Below are positions 49,822-62,177 of a stretch of 64,000 nt of DNA, in pieces. This DNA is from Octopus bimaculoides. Its lineage: Eukaryota. The stretch covers positions 32,978,171 to 33,042,170 of the forward strand of contig NC_068987.1 in NCBI RefSeq assembly GCF_001194135.2, read 5' to 3'. Below the pieces are notes generated by a model. It ran no database searches, was not told where the DNA came from, and saw only the letters and a program-made list of their open reading frames with translations. The first letter of the stretch is position 1. Each line of letters begins with the position of its first letter. Made by a program: the position numbers and the translations under genes.

Positions 49822-52395
49822 ATCATCATTATTTTTCATCTTATTTTTATCACGTGCATTCACTGCACTATCGAGTGCACATCTGTGTGCCTTGGGTATA
49901 TGCTTTGGCTTGTTGTAATGCTGTTATTTTTACTGTATTGAAATTGTTTTACGTAGGATGTGTGCGTTGCCTAGTAGTGCTATTTTCTGTATGTTATATG
50001 TACTTGTTCGTCATGGTGTGTTTTTTTTAATGTATTTGTCTGAATATTTTTTTTATCATACCCAATGCGCTTACAATGATAGGAACTGCTTCTATTTTGA
50101 GACACCACATTCGAGTTACCTCTATTTCCAAGGTTTGTAATTTGAAAGATTCTCCATTTCTTTTTAAGTAACATTGTAATCTGTTGGTATTGATACATCA
50201 ATTAGAAAGCGTTTTTTCTTGGCAATCTCTGACAACTATATCCAGCCTATTGGCCTTAATTTATCTAACTATGTGTATTGGCGTATCCCATAGTATGGTC
50301 GGTTTTTCATTTTGTGTGATTTTTTATGGCGTGTTTCTATGCCATCTTTTTCTGTTGATATTCTACGGTGTTGGCATAGCATCCAATGTATATAAGTCCC
50401 TACTTAGGACTGGGCAGCCAGAGACAATATGATTCGCCCTTTCTTCTCCATCTCCACATTTTCTGAAGTTACTTGTATTTCTTTTCATTACATGTTTTTG
50501 GTGATTTCTTGTGTGAAGGCTTTGATATTGTGCTGCAATTAAAATTCCTTCAGTCTCTGCTTTGAGTCCAGAGCCATTGTTGAGATTTTGCTATGTCTAT
50601 TTCTTTTCTGTTTAGTTTAACCCAATATTAGCAGGAAGGAACTTTTCGTGCCATCGTTTTATCATAATCCGTTGCTGTTCCAGTTTTAGTTTGACTTTCA
50701 CTTGTTTTACAGCTTTTGTTGTTTCTTCTTTTTCGTCATAGTTGTTAGGTAGTATGACCTCTTTTTTTATTTGTATTTGTCAGCTTCCTTTAAAACTGAA
50801 AACAGTTTTTTGTTGTGTTCGTGTTTTGTGGCTAGTTGTATTAGTTTTCCTTGTTTCTGAAGTATTTCTCTAATCCTATAGTGGTTATTTTGTAATAGTC
50901 TTCTAGTTGTATAAGGCCTCTACCACCTTCGATACGTTGTATATATAACCTTTGTATGTCAGATTTTAGGTGGTGCATCCTTAATCTAGTCACTATTTTT
51001 CATGTTTTCCTTTCTATTTTCATTAGTTCATATAGCATCCAGTTAAGAATATTATAGCTGTAATATATAACTGGGACGGCTGGAGTGTTGATACCTATTA
51101 TCTTGTTTTTCGCATTGAGTTCAGTTTTCCGTATTAATCTAACTCATCTATAGTATTCCTTTTTATCTTCTATTTTATTTGTATGTCTTGTATCGTATCT
51201 GTCTGTAGCAAAGTGTCCAGGTGTTTATCATTTGTAGCGTACAATTTTAGGTCGTCCGTATACAAGAGATGGCTGATTGTTTTGCAGTTACAGTTGTATA
51301 CGCATTCACGTCTGTTTAGCATATCAGATAAAGGTGTCAGTGTCCAGCAGAATAGGCGTGGAGAGAACGTGGCTCCCTGGAATTTTCCGCTTCGAATGCG
51401 GATGGCTTTGGTTTTTATGAGTTTTTTTTTGTCTGGAGCTGTAGCACTGTCTGCCATTTATTCATGGTGTGCTTTATATATTTTATGATTATTGGTGCTA
51501 CCTTGTTCATAGCCAGTGTTTCTAGAATCCATGTGTGGAGAATACCATCAAAGGCCTTTCGGTAATTGATCCAGGCCATACTAAAACATTTCTTCTTCCT
51601 GTGGCTGTCATCAGTTATGGCTTTATTGATCAGTAGCTGATCTTTACAGCAGTATTAGCCCTTGCAGCATTCCTTTTCCTCTTTTAGAAACAGGCTGTTT
51701 TATTCCAGATTTGTGCCCATTTTCTGTGATATAATTGCAGTAAAGAGACAAGTTATCTGTCTGTAATTTTGTTGTTTTGCCGTTTCAGTAGATTTGGGAT
51801 TTGGATAGTCTTCACTTCTTTGAGCCATTCAGGCATTGTTTCGGGCTCTGCTAGTATTTCATTAAATTTCTCAGCCAGCTTTTTATGTGTTCTTGTTAGG
51901 TATTTTAACCAGATGTTAGGGATCTTGTCGTACTTGGATACCTTCCAGTTACTTAGTTCTTGCAGTGCCTGGGTAAACTCATCAGATATTATAGAGGTCT
52001 AGAGTTGTTCAGGTGCAGTGCTCGCTGTTTTGATAGATGTTTTTCTAAGGTTCTTCCTCCGCCGACCATATTTCTTTCCAAAATTCTTCCAATTCCGTTG
52101 TTGTTACTGCATTGATCTCTATCCTATTTTTGTCAAGATCTTGGTAGATTCTTTTGAAGTTCGAGCTGAATTGCTTGTTTTACTTAAAAGATCGTTGGCG
52201 TTTCTTATACCGGCGGATTATTTGTACTTTGGCGAGGATATCTTGCTTTAGATGTTCTTTTACCTCAGGTGTACCTTGTTCTGTCATTTTGTATTTACGT
52301 TGTATTTTTCTTCTCTTCTTTTGCTTAGTAGTGTCAATTATCAACTAGTTACCTTAAAGTTTGAGAGATCTTTTCCCTTAGTTTTTAAAGATTTT
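49772..52395 (-). mobile_element. Decayed RLE-class LINE, ~2.6 kb (pre-RT, RT, knuckle, RLE, 3' UTR, TAA tail)
   Basis: Remnants KQDILAKVQIIRRYKKRQ, NYRQITCL, KDQLLINKAI, IRSGKFQGATFSPRLFC...SHLLYTDDLKLYA (ORF 51170-51457, YxDD), NHIVSGCPVL, ILWDTPIH..IKANRLDI. Confidence 0.9.
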
Positions 52396-52399
52396 TTCT

Positions 52400-52865
52400 G
52401 GATATTACTTATTATCATTATTATTATCGTTCAGTAGTTTTATTTTTATAACGTGCTTTCACTTCAAGACCGAGCGCAGCTCTGTGTGCCTTGGGTATGT
52501 GCTGTGGTTTGCTGTCATGCTCTTATGGTTACTGTATTGAAAGTGTTTTGCGTAGGATGTGTGCAGTGCCCAGTAGTGCAATTTTCTGTATGTTATATAT
52601 ATTTATAAGTCCTGGTGTTTTTTTTTATGTATTTGTCTGAATATTTTTTTTATTATACCTAAGGCACCTACTATGATAGGAATTGTTTCTGTTTTTAGAT
52701 TCCACATTCGAGTTACCTCTATTTCCAGGTCTTTGTATTTTGAAAGTTTTTCCATTTCTTTTAGGGAAACTTTGTCATCTGCTGGTATTGATACATCAAT
52801 TAGAAAGCATTTTTTTTCTTCATGGTCTTTGACAACTATATCTGGTCTATTTGCCTTAATTTCTC
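52400..52865 (-). mobile_element. 5'-truncated RLE-class LINE 3' end (same young family as 36210-36657)
   Basis: ORF 52603-53043 tail: IKANRPDIVVKDHEEKKCFLIDVSIPADDKVSLKEMEKLSKYKDLEIE (PD..D..K RLE motif). Confidence 0.92.
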
Positions 52866-53198
52866 TTACCTCCGCCTTAACAGAAACGGAGGTATTGCAT
52901 TCAGTCGCGTTTGTCTGTTTGTTTGTCCTGGGACAAGATATCTCAAGAACCCCTGGATGGATTCGGGTGAAACCTTCAGGGATGTTTGGCCTTATGACTG
53001 GCACAAACTGATTAAATTTGGGGATCGATCCGGTACCAGACAAGGATTCTGGATTATCTTTCCAGATTTTTAAATTAATTTTTGAGAGCGGGCGGGTTCA
53101 TTTTTTGTATTCTCATTTTAAAAAGCATCTCCGGCTAATCGTTGAGAGGACGTTGGTGTTGCCTTGGCAGAGGTTTGCGCTCTGTGAGTACTCTTGTT
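52866..53198 (+). mobile_element. Non-autonomous Helentron-associated element (HINE/DINE-1-like)
   Basis: 5' TTacctccgcc...ggaggta (subTIR plus partner IR), (TGTT)/(GTCT)-type core, 3' subTIR ggcagaggt, terminal gcgctctgtgagtact hairpin-like motif, then TT. Confidence 0.75.
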
Positions 53199-53880
53199 AT
53201 TATTATTATTTTTTTCATTGTTGATATCTTTCCTTATAGAGCCAAATGCGTGCTGCAGAACACCACACCTGGATGCTGATTTTATGGAGCTCAGGAATGT
53301 TGATATTACAAGTCAGTTTGTCGGTGAATTTGTCCAGGTGTTTTTTGACGAGCCCTGGAACACCGATAACGAGAAGTAATAGATACCTCAGCATTCATTG
53401 CCAGCAACCGCTTGTTGTCAATCTGTAAGACTTTGTATTTTGATATTTTTCCCATGACTTTTGTGGGCGTATTTCTCTCTGATGGTATCGCGACAACTAT
53501 TATTAGGCATTTCTTTTCCATCCCAGCCTTGATAAGGTCGTCTTGACAGTTTGCTCTTATTTCCTGGTCTTTATAAATACGTACACCTCATAGTATAGTA
53601 ATGTTTTCATTTTTCATGAGTGTTTCCGGTTGATGATCATACCATTTCTCAGTGCTCTTGATGTTATATTCTCTGCATCCTATCAAGTTGATGTATGCTG
53701 CTACCTTGTGGCGTTGGATATATTCTGTCTTAGCAAGTCTTGGGTTGCCAGAAACAATATGGTCAACAGTTTCTTCGAAATTGCTGTATATCCTGGATCG
53801 GGAGTCAGTACAGTTTTGTGTCAATTTTATTGATCTTACTGATGGACAATTTAATAATGTCAAACTGTAGGTCACAAAAG
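53199..53880 (-). mobile_element. Decayed RLE-class LINE 3' fragment (knuckle plus RLE) with ATT tail
   Basis: EETVDHIVSG...TEYIQRHKVAAYI...KWYDHQPE...ENITIL (ORF 53588-53875); KKCLIIVVAIPSE..KISKYKVLQI (53306-53521). Confidence 0.85.
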
Positions 53881-53889
53881 GAATAAATA

Positions 53890-54800
53890 AGATATTGATT
53901 GCACCAGTACTCTTTACGGCATTAAATTCGGTCTTTAGGATAGCTCTAACTCTACGGCAATATTCTATTATTACTTTTATCGGTGACGCTTTTGACCTGA
54001 CAGATGTTATACCAGCAATATACCAAAATAGCGAGCCATACTCAATGGCTAAATGTCCTTTGGCCTATTCCTTCTCCTTCAACTTTCTAGCACCTACTAT
54101 AGAATTTCCGTCGTGGTGGTAATTCCTGGCTTCTCAAGCCATTCATATAACCTTTTACTAACTGCTCCCAGTGTGCCTACCAGAATCGGTACCACTTCAA
54201 GTGCTCGATTCTCTCCATAATTTCCTGGTTTTCCTCTCGAACTCCTGGTATTTTTCAACTTTATCACTTTCCTTCTGATTCACTCTGTTGTCTCACGGCG
54301 AAGCAATATCCACAATAATTGCTTTGAGTTTCTTCTTTTCTACGACAACAATATCAGGTTTTCTAACTACAATAAAATGGTCACACTGGATGGTCATGTC
54401 CCACAAGATCTTGTGTTGTTCATTTTCAGCAATAATTTCCGGTTGGTCCTCATACCACTTCTGATTTCTGCTCCTATCATACACATGACAGATCTTCCAG
54501 TGAGCCAATCTGGGAATCTTGCCGCAACTTCACGCGTACTCCTGTTCAAGCATCTTAGAATCGTGTCAATACTGAACTTGATATAGTTCGTTCTTCGTGC
54601 ATGTTCTTGGCCTGCAAAGATAAGGGCTTCAGTTCGAACTTTCAAGTTGCTTTTCCTAATCTATTCCTAGTATTACCTTTGTCTACTGTTTCAGACATTT
54701 TCCGCAAGAATTGACCATACATTTTCTCTCTTTTCATCTATTCAAGATGTCATTCTTTCTGTCGTGTTTAAATTATCCTTTTCCTTTACTTTATCACTGC
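53890..54800 (-). mobile_element. Decayed RLE-class LINE 3' fragment
   Basis: KMYGQFLR, KVRTEALIFAGQE..RTNYIK, KWYEDQPE..HKILWDMTIQCDH..RKPDIVVVEK..IVDIASP*DNRV..KVEKYQE. Confidence 0.85.
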
Positions 54801-55304
54801 TTGGGACTTTATCTTTCTTACTCCTGTCATCAATCCCTCCAATGCATACTTTATTTACCATGACCCGTTATTTTTCCCAAACTCATAGGTTTATACGTAT
54901 TGTAGATTTTTATGATTTTCTATCTGCAGAATAATAAACGTTAAGAATGTTAGTTCGGTTGGGTTACAGCTGCCGAGAGAATATCTAGATTTTCTCTGGC
55001 GCAGTTATTTTCAAATCGCATTATTTATTTATTTATTTATTTCTCTCTTTCCTTCCCTCTCTACTAGTTTTCGACTATTCTAGATGCATCCTAAATACTA
55101 TGCTTCCTTCATATTCACTACCCCACATGCTCTGAATATCAAAACGTTTCATATACCAGCAGTTCACTCGATATATTTTAATAACCAGCAACGTAAAACT
55201 ACCTATCTTGTCAAACATATAATATGCAGGAATCCACAGTTGCACTTCACCCGAACTGATTCTCAGAAGACAGAATGACTAATTCTGTAAGTGATTTTAG
55301 CAGA

Positions 55305-55480
55305 ATACACACGCACGCACGCACACACGCACGCACGCACGCACACACGCACACACACACACATACACAACACTCACACACGTACGCGCGCACACATACA
55401 CACACACGATACATATGCGTATATGTTTATATATATGTGTGTGTGTGGATGTGTGCATGTATATATGTGTATCTTTCTAT
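55305..55480. repeat. (CA)/(CACG)/(TG) microsatellite
   Basis: Direct inspection. Confidence 0.9.
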
Positions 55481-56229
55481 ATATAGGTATACTTTTATGT
55501 TTGTCTGTTTCTCTGCAAAAACGTGTCAAACATATACAACATGAAGTCAACAATTCAGGAAACTGAGTAAATTATATATTTCCATGTTTCCGAAAGCTAT
55601 TTGTTACATTATTTTTGAAAATGAACAATGTTATGTATATAGATTATTCATACAGGAGATGATATTTTCCCTGAATACGACCTTGTAGATCAAAAGTGTT
55701 TCGAGAAACATCACCTCAGTGTTTACGTTACAGACAATTCATCTGTACATGGTTCCTACAGGAGTTCACTGCCTTACATCTAAATGTTTCTCAAATAGGC
55801 GGCCAGTCATCGTTTGAAATCCTCTGTTGGATTGAAAAAGAGGATAGGAAACAACTTCTATTACAAAACATACCCTCGCAGGAAATATATACTTCTAGAA
55901 GACATATTTATATTGAATGGGGAGGGTCTCATTGGCCAAAATGGCACTTGGAAAAAGGGTTGAGCACCAGTTTAATGAATGGTTAGCTCTGGAGAGGTGA
56001 AGAATAGGATGAAGGAAGTTGAAATGGATTATGTCCAATTATGTAATTTGAAATGAAACTTCGAATGATTCTCATGAGTAGTCAAGTGTAAACTGCGACA
56101 CCTCAACGGAAAATTAACTTGATTTTATATTAGTAGTGCGGTCTACTTGATGAGCCATATTTCATGCGGCCAACGTTCGAAATAAGATTGACCTGTGGCT
56201 CTCAACAATTGAAAATAAAATTATTGACC

Positions 56230-56540
56230 TGTTTGATTACCATTTTATTCAGGCGGACCCCCATAGCCATCCGATGTTTAACAACTCGATTTATAGAGAC
56301 CTCTTTCAAAATTTGGTTTCCACACATTAACTTGTGTAGGACAAACAATGTTAAATGTTGGAAAAAGAAACCCATCTGTTTCTTGCAATATCTACCAATA
56401 CATACATCCAAAGCGAAATTGTTTCAAGGGCTCTTAAAATACTATTGTGGACTCCTAATTTATTATTTTATTATGTGACCTCCCAAAATCTTATATGGAC
56501 TCTCAAGGATCATCTGGAGCCCGGTTAAGAATCGCTGCTC
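56230..56540. mobile_element. Possible hAT-type MITE remnant
   Basis: Right end ggttaagaatcgctg followed by ctctagac resembles a CAGTGGTTCTCAACC-type hAT end and an NTCTAGAN target. The left end is only weakly recognisable. Confidence 0.4.
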
Positions 56541-56829
56541 TAGACGAATTATTATTTACATGAACTCTAACGAGAAAGTTTCGTCAAACATTTTAGTTTG
56601 CCAATGGGTTAATTTCTTTACAAGAGATTCTCCAGTTAAAAACATAATGCAAGACATCTTTCTTCTATTTATCCAGCGTTTGAGTTATAGTTTGCTGCTA
56701 ATTTAATTATGTAATGTAGGTTTCAAATTTTGGCCCAAGACCAGAATTTAATTCTGTAATATTAAATGAAATATTGGAATCAATTCTGTTTCGTTCTAAT
56801 CAAATCTGTTATGTTCAGATTCGATTACA

Positions 56830-57153
56830 CACACTGGTACACCATCGCTTACAAAAACGAGTGTTCCAGTTGTTCCGATCAACGAACAGCTTATTCGTAA
56901 AATTAACGTCGAAGTGGCTCAGTATTCCACAGACTCACATACCATTAACGTAGTTCTCTGGGAGATTCAGTGCGACACTGAATGTGACAAGTCTGGCCTT
57001 TTGAAATACAAGTAAAACTTATTTTTGCCAACTGTGTGCAGTGGAGCAACGTGAAATAGTGTCTTGCTCAAGAACACAAAGCACCGCTGCGTATCGAACT
57101 CACGACCTTACAATCGGGGGTCGAATGCAATAACCAGTAAGCGACGCTCCTTC
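56830..57153 (-). mobile_element. tRNA-derived SINE, family C (near complete)
   Basis: Reverse complement has a tRNA-like head (...gtaaggtcgtgagttcgatac..), then tgttcttgagcaagacactatttcacgttgctccac and a ~180-bp central body. Confidence 0.8.
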
Positions 57154-57159
57154 ATATTA

Positions 57160-57229
57160 TCGCACACACACACACGCACATACACACACATACACACATA
57201 TTTGCCTATATATATATGTATATACATCG

Positions 57230-57279
<50 letters not shown>

Positions 57280-57289
57280 ATGTGTGTGT

Positions 57290-57333
<44 letters not shown>

Positions 57334-57340
57334 GTGCACG
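57160..57340. repeat. (CA)/(TA)/(TG) microsatellite
   Basis: Direct inspection. Confidence 0.95.
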
Positions 57341-59533
57341 CGCGAGTGTTTGAAGGAGAGGCTGACAATGTTTTTGAAATTTTGCCTGTGATGCGTTACG
57401 TGAGTCTGTCGAAGCCGAACAGTTGAAACTAAGTTTCTGTAAAACCTTCGTTTCTTAAAAGATACATCTTATATACATACTTACACCACTGCGCACCTCT
57501 CTGTCTATCTGTCTCTCTCTCACTTTCCGTTTTTCTTTGTCTCTTTAGTTAATGTCTTAAAGGGTTTTATATGTTATAATACATAAATCTCGCATATTAA
57601 TGCATAAACGTGGGTTGCACGCGTGTGTGCGTAGTTTTGAATGTGTATTCAAACGTTAGGAATGTAATATATATAGTCTGAAAGAGTCACATCGTACAAT
57701 CAGGATATTCGGTGGAATTCATGGCTGTTTTAATTTTCAGAAATTAATATAATTTCAGACGAAAATATTGATTTGATACAAACATTATATTTTCTTCATT
57801 TTATCATCAAATAGAATTTCAGTATTGATTCCAATTTTCCACTGATCTGATTCCAAGATACTGTACATTGGTCTCAAATTCTTCACCCGTAATGATTACC
57901 AAATTATGTTACCGGCTTTTAAATTTTTTTTTTAAATGCCTTTATTAAAAAAACAAAAACTCATTATGTCTTATTGATTATGGAGAAAAATTTGCAAAAA
58001 ACTTAAAATCTAAATACGAAGTATAAAACAAATCACAAGAAAACGGAACGAAGAAAAGGGGAAAAAATGAAAGATCTTTCAAAAATGGAGGTGGATCTGA
58101 AACAAGATGTACTGGTTCTGATAACAAATTGAAATATCGGAGAATCTATCGATTGACACCCACATTACATTTTTCAAAAATTATATCATGTTCTATAAAA
58201 TATTCCAGTTTCAGATTTCGAAGGGATCAGAATATTAATACTAGTTTGTTTGCAATGTACACCTTCACAGTCAGTATGTTGCCAACTTACCCTCTAAGGT
58301 TAGACGACCACCAGTTTTTTTAAATATGCATTGTGTTTTAAATCAAAATTTGCTAAGACGCAGTGGAATGTTAGATAAGTTGGAAGACGACAGCAGGTTA
58401 CGGCTTTCTGTCATAACTAAGCATTTATTTTATGCATTCAAATATTGGCAAGTACACGAATGATAGCAAATCGAGTCAGTTGGTGTCAGTTAATATGCTT
58501 CCATTAAGAAGTCATCTTGGAGTGTGGTCACCTTGTATGACGTCAAAGTTGATACTGTGCCGCTTTGCGAGGTGAAATGCATTTCATCTAATCTTAAATT
58601 TAGAAGATAAATGACGCGTTACTTATAAAAAAAGAGAGATTAAGCTCCATATGTAATAGCCATACATTAGCTGCAGTAATGATCTACAGTAGTGGTAGTA
58701 GTATCAGCAGCAGCAGTAGTAGTAGCAGCAGCAGCAGCAGGCATTTTAGGTTGATTCAATATATTATGTCCTGATCATACTCTTCTATATACTGTTCAAG
58801 TGGCGAGGTTTTTGGGCGATTTCGTCGGTACCCATTCGATCGTTAACTTTTTTCCTGGATTAATACCTCCTGCATTTAAACAGGGGCAATGAGGTTGAAG
58901 CAGAAATAGTAGTAATGATAATGCTGATAAACATTTCGAAACTTTCAACTAGTTAGTTCAAATACGATCGTGGCCATATACATCTGCGAAAACACGATCC
59001 AGTCATCTATTGGTTAATGAATTTCTGATGCACGCATTTATGCTTCATTGAAAAATTGTTTCCTTCCCAGATAAGTAATAAAATAATTTTAAGCAAGAGA
59101 AGTGCATCTCATATTCAAGAGGTACAAGAAACGGTATCATTCGTTCATTTGTTATTTGTGTGAAATTAACTGGTTGTAATCACTAATCAATATCCAGCAG
59201 AACAACGACTGTTTATTCTTATTTCTTGTTCTACTATTTACGCACACGTGGCATAAACCAGAGAGCCCCCTACGTTTTGATCTTCCAGAAATAGCAGACA
59301 AATTTCCTTCAAAACAACAGCACAGCACACATTACAAAGCTTCACATTGTGAATACATATCTCAAGTCCCGCCAATGTTGTCTTTGAAAGTCACCCTTCT
59401 GGGTTCGATGAAACAATTTTTTGCGAAATAGAAATAAAAAACACCAACATTTCCGAATTTGCAAGGTTGATTTTTTGTTTCGTCTTTCAGGAATCAACAA
59501 ATCAAACCTGAGTCAAGGATTAGGTTGGGGGAG

Positions 59534-59587
59534 TTGATCAACTCGACCCTATTGATCAACACGACCCTATTGATCAACTCAACCCTT
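59534..59587. repeat. 18-bp tandem repeat, 3 copies (ttgatcaactcgacccta)
   Basis: ttgatcaactcgacccta / ttgatcaacacgacccta / ttgatcaactcaaccctt. Confidence 0.9.
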
Positions 59588-59687
59588 AGACAATACTAAA
59601 AGCATTTGGTTATATGGATGTATGGAAAACATCAGAATGCCTGATGGTATTTATTTGTCTATGTCTGTCTGTCTCTGTCTGTCTGTA

Positions 59688-59789
<102 letters not shown>

Positions 59790-59951
59790 GATAGATATAT
59801 ATCATTCGCACTCCTTCTAAAAAAGTAGTCTATCCATNNNNNNNNNNATATCATTCGCACTCCTTCTAAAAAAGTAGTCTATCCATTACTCCAACTGCTG
59901 TTCTTGGTCATAATATTTTTGGCGTTGGAGCGGCTAAGATATGTGTGTGTA

Positions 59952-60011
<60 letters not shown>

Positions 60012-60297
60012 TGGTTTATGTCATTTTATAATCCTATGAATTAAGCGATACGATATTATATGCATCTTTCCCTTTTTCTATGAGGTTGGGAAGAAGGCAC
60101 CCTCAAACTGAAGCCCAAGCATGAATGCTTGCAATAGAGTTTACCGTTGCTCTATAGGTACCCAAGTTACCAGATGTGTGCATTAAAAATGGCAATGGAT
60201 CAAGTCTACTTCTCAAGAAGAACATCGTAGCATTTGAACATAGAAAGAAACCAACAAGAACAAATACTACGCTATATCTCTTCAAATGCTTTAACGA

Positions 60298-61156
60298 TTC
60301 CTGTTGTTTCTTTTCCCTAAACAAATGATACATAACTGTGTAAGTAATAATTCTATGACTGTAGATGCGCGGTTATTTCAATAAAAGTAAAAAGAGAATT
60401 GAAGCATAAATAAAGTAGCTTGAGGCTACAGTAGATGGCACTTGCCCAACTTTCCATGCAGTGGGACTGAACATGAAACCATGTGGTTGGGAAGCAAGCT
60501 TCTTATACCAGACAGCCACTCCTGCGCCTATTCCATCAATTTACCATTCTAGACTGGTGCTTTATAACTGTCGGATTCAGGAAGATGAAAGCCAAAATTA
60601 ACTTTACTAAAATATGAACACAGAACCCAAGATATTTGGATAACTACAAGGCATTTCATTTGTCATTTTAATAACTTTGGCAGCTCGATTCATGTCCCTA
60701 GGTGATGGAGGAAGTAACGCTGCTGTATTAGAGTCTATCGAATCGTTACAACCAGCCTCACTCTACAAATTTGCTACTTTGTGTCATTCGGAGAAACTAT
60801 TCTTGTTTTTTTTATATTTTACATTACAATAGATTTGAACAAGGTTAGAAGATAAACCACCAATACTGTTTTATAGCATGTGATTTGAAATCCATGCAAG
60901 AGTTTCATCGTGGTGTCAAACGGAGCAATGACATCAGTATCGATTCCATTTATTTACTACACAGGAATATCTACCATAGTTTTAGCAAGTAGCTCAATGA
61001 CTCGGTTTCCGTTTAATATATACTTTAAGACCAAGATACTTTATTTATATTTCAATTCTCTTTTTACTTTTATTCCAATAACCGCGCATTTACAGTAATA
61101 GAGTTGTTACTTTCACAGTTATGTATCACTTGTTTAGGGAAAAGAAACGACAGAAA
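60298..61156. repeat. Inverted repeat, 120-bp arms (60298-60417 and 61037-61156), 108/120 identical
   Basis: Ungapped manual alignment of the reverse complement of the left arm with the right arm, 12 mismatches. Confidence 0.92.
60420..60528 (-). mobile_element. SINE family B head
   Basis: Reverse complement starts ggcgcaggagtggctgtctggtataagaagcttgcttcccaaccacatggtttcatgttcagtcccactgc. Confidence 0.85.
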
Positions 61157-61769
61157 ACACAATGCTCGGTTATTTGTTTTCCAACTGAAGTATCTATTTT
61201 GCTGGGTTCCCTTAATAAGCATGGACTACTCACGTTTGAGACTGTAACTATTTAAACACTGGCATTCTTATAGGTGATATTTATCATTTAATATTCTTTT
61301 AAAAAAGGATCTTAATATACAGAGAAGGAATCTACAATAAAATTACACGTAAAGGAATGATTTGTTAGATACAACCTTCATCTGTTTATGTTATTAAGAA
61401 AGTTGAAGATTCAGAATTAGGAAAACGCCGCTCCTATCAACTATTATTGACTACTGTTTCTAACATCTAGATGAAGCTGAAGATCGGTTATTTTGTGAAC
61501 CGAGACTTGGTTTTATCTTGTAGTGAAAATTACAGCCCAATGCCTTCGTAAAACTTCGGAACCGACAAAGACTGTCTGACAAATTCCCTGTACACCAGAC
61601 TCGGTTAACTGAAAATATTTTCATAGCTTCCATCTAAGTATGGTTCTTACTCATTTTATCGTATAAAGTCTGTATCTATGCTGTTGATATATCAAAACTG
61701 ACTATCTAATCGCTATCTACAGACTTCCTGTTTAGATCAATCATCGAGTTTATGGCTATACTATGGAGA

Positions 61770-62177
61770 TCAATTTTTTTCTTTTACTTGTTTCAGTTAA
61801 CCGACGCCAGAAATTATTCTTTGTAAGACTAGTACTTATTCTATCGGTCTCCTTGTCCGAACCGATAAGTTACGACGTAAACACACCAACATCAGTCGTC
61901 AAGCAATGGCAGTGGGAAATCATAGACACATAAATACATACATGCACACACACACACAACACACACACACATACACACAACACACACACATACACACACA
62001 CACATATATATACGACATACATCTTTCAGTGTCCGCTTAACAAATCCACTCACATGGGCTTTGGTCGGCCTGAAGTTACAGTAGATGACACTTGCCTAAC
62101 TTTGTACACAGTTGGATTGGACCTAGGAACCGTGTAGTTGGGAAGCAAGCTTCTTACCACACAACCCCTTCTGCGCC
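61770..62177 (-). mobile_element. Composite SINE family B, complete, with internal (CA)n
   Basis: Reverse complement shows head (62000-62177), TG-rich microsatellite (61935-62010) and 3' body (61770-61930), as in 18383-19095. Confidence 0.9.

Noticed and set aside
55654-55990. Exon-like segments on both strands (GDDIFPEYDLV... on plus; strong acceptor at 55989 on minus)
   Set aside because: Early stops, no recognisable homology, and overlap with hAT-like end motifs.
59799-59886. ~39-bp direct repeat either side of a 10-N gap
   Set aside because: Same scaffolding artefact, not a CRISPR repeat or TSD.
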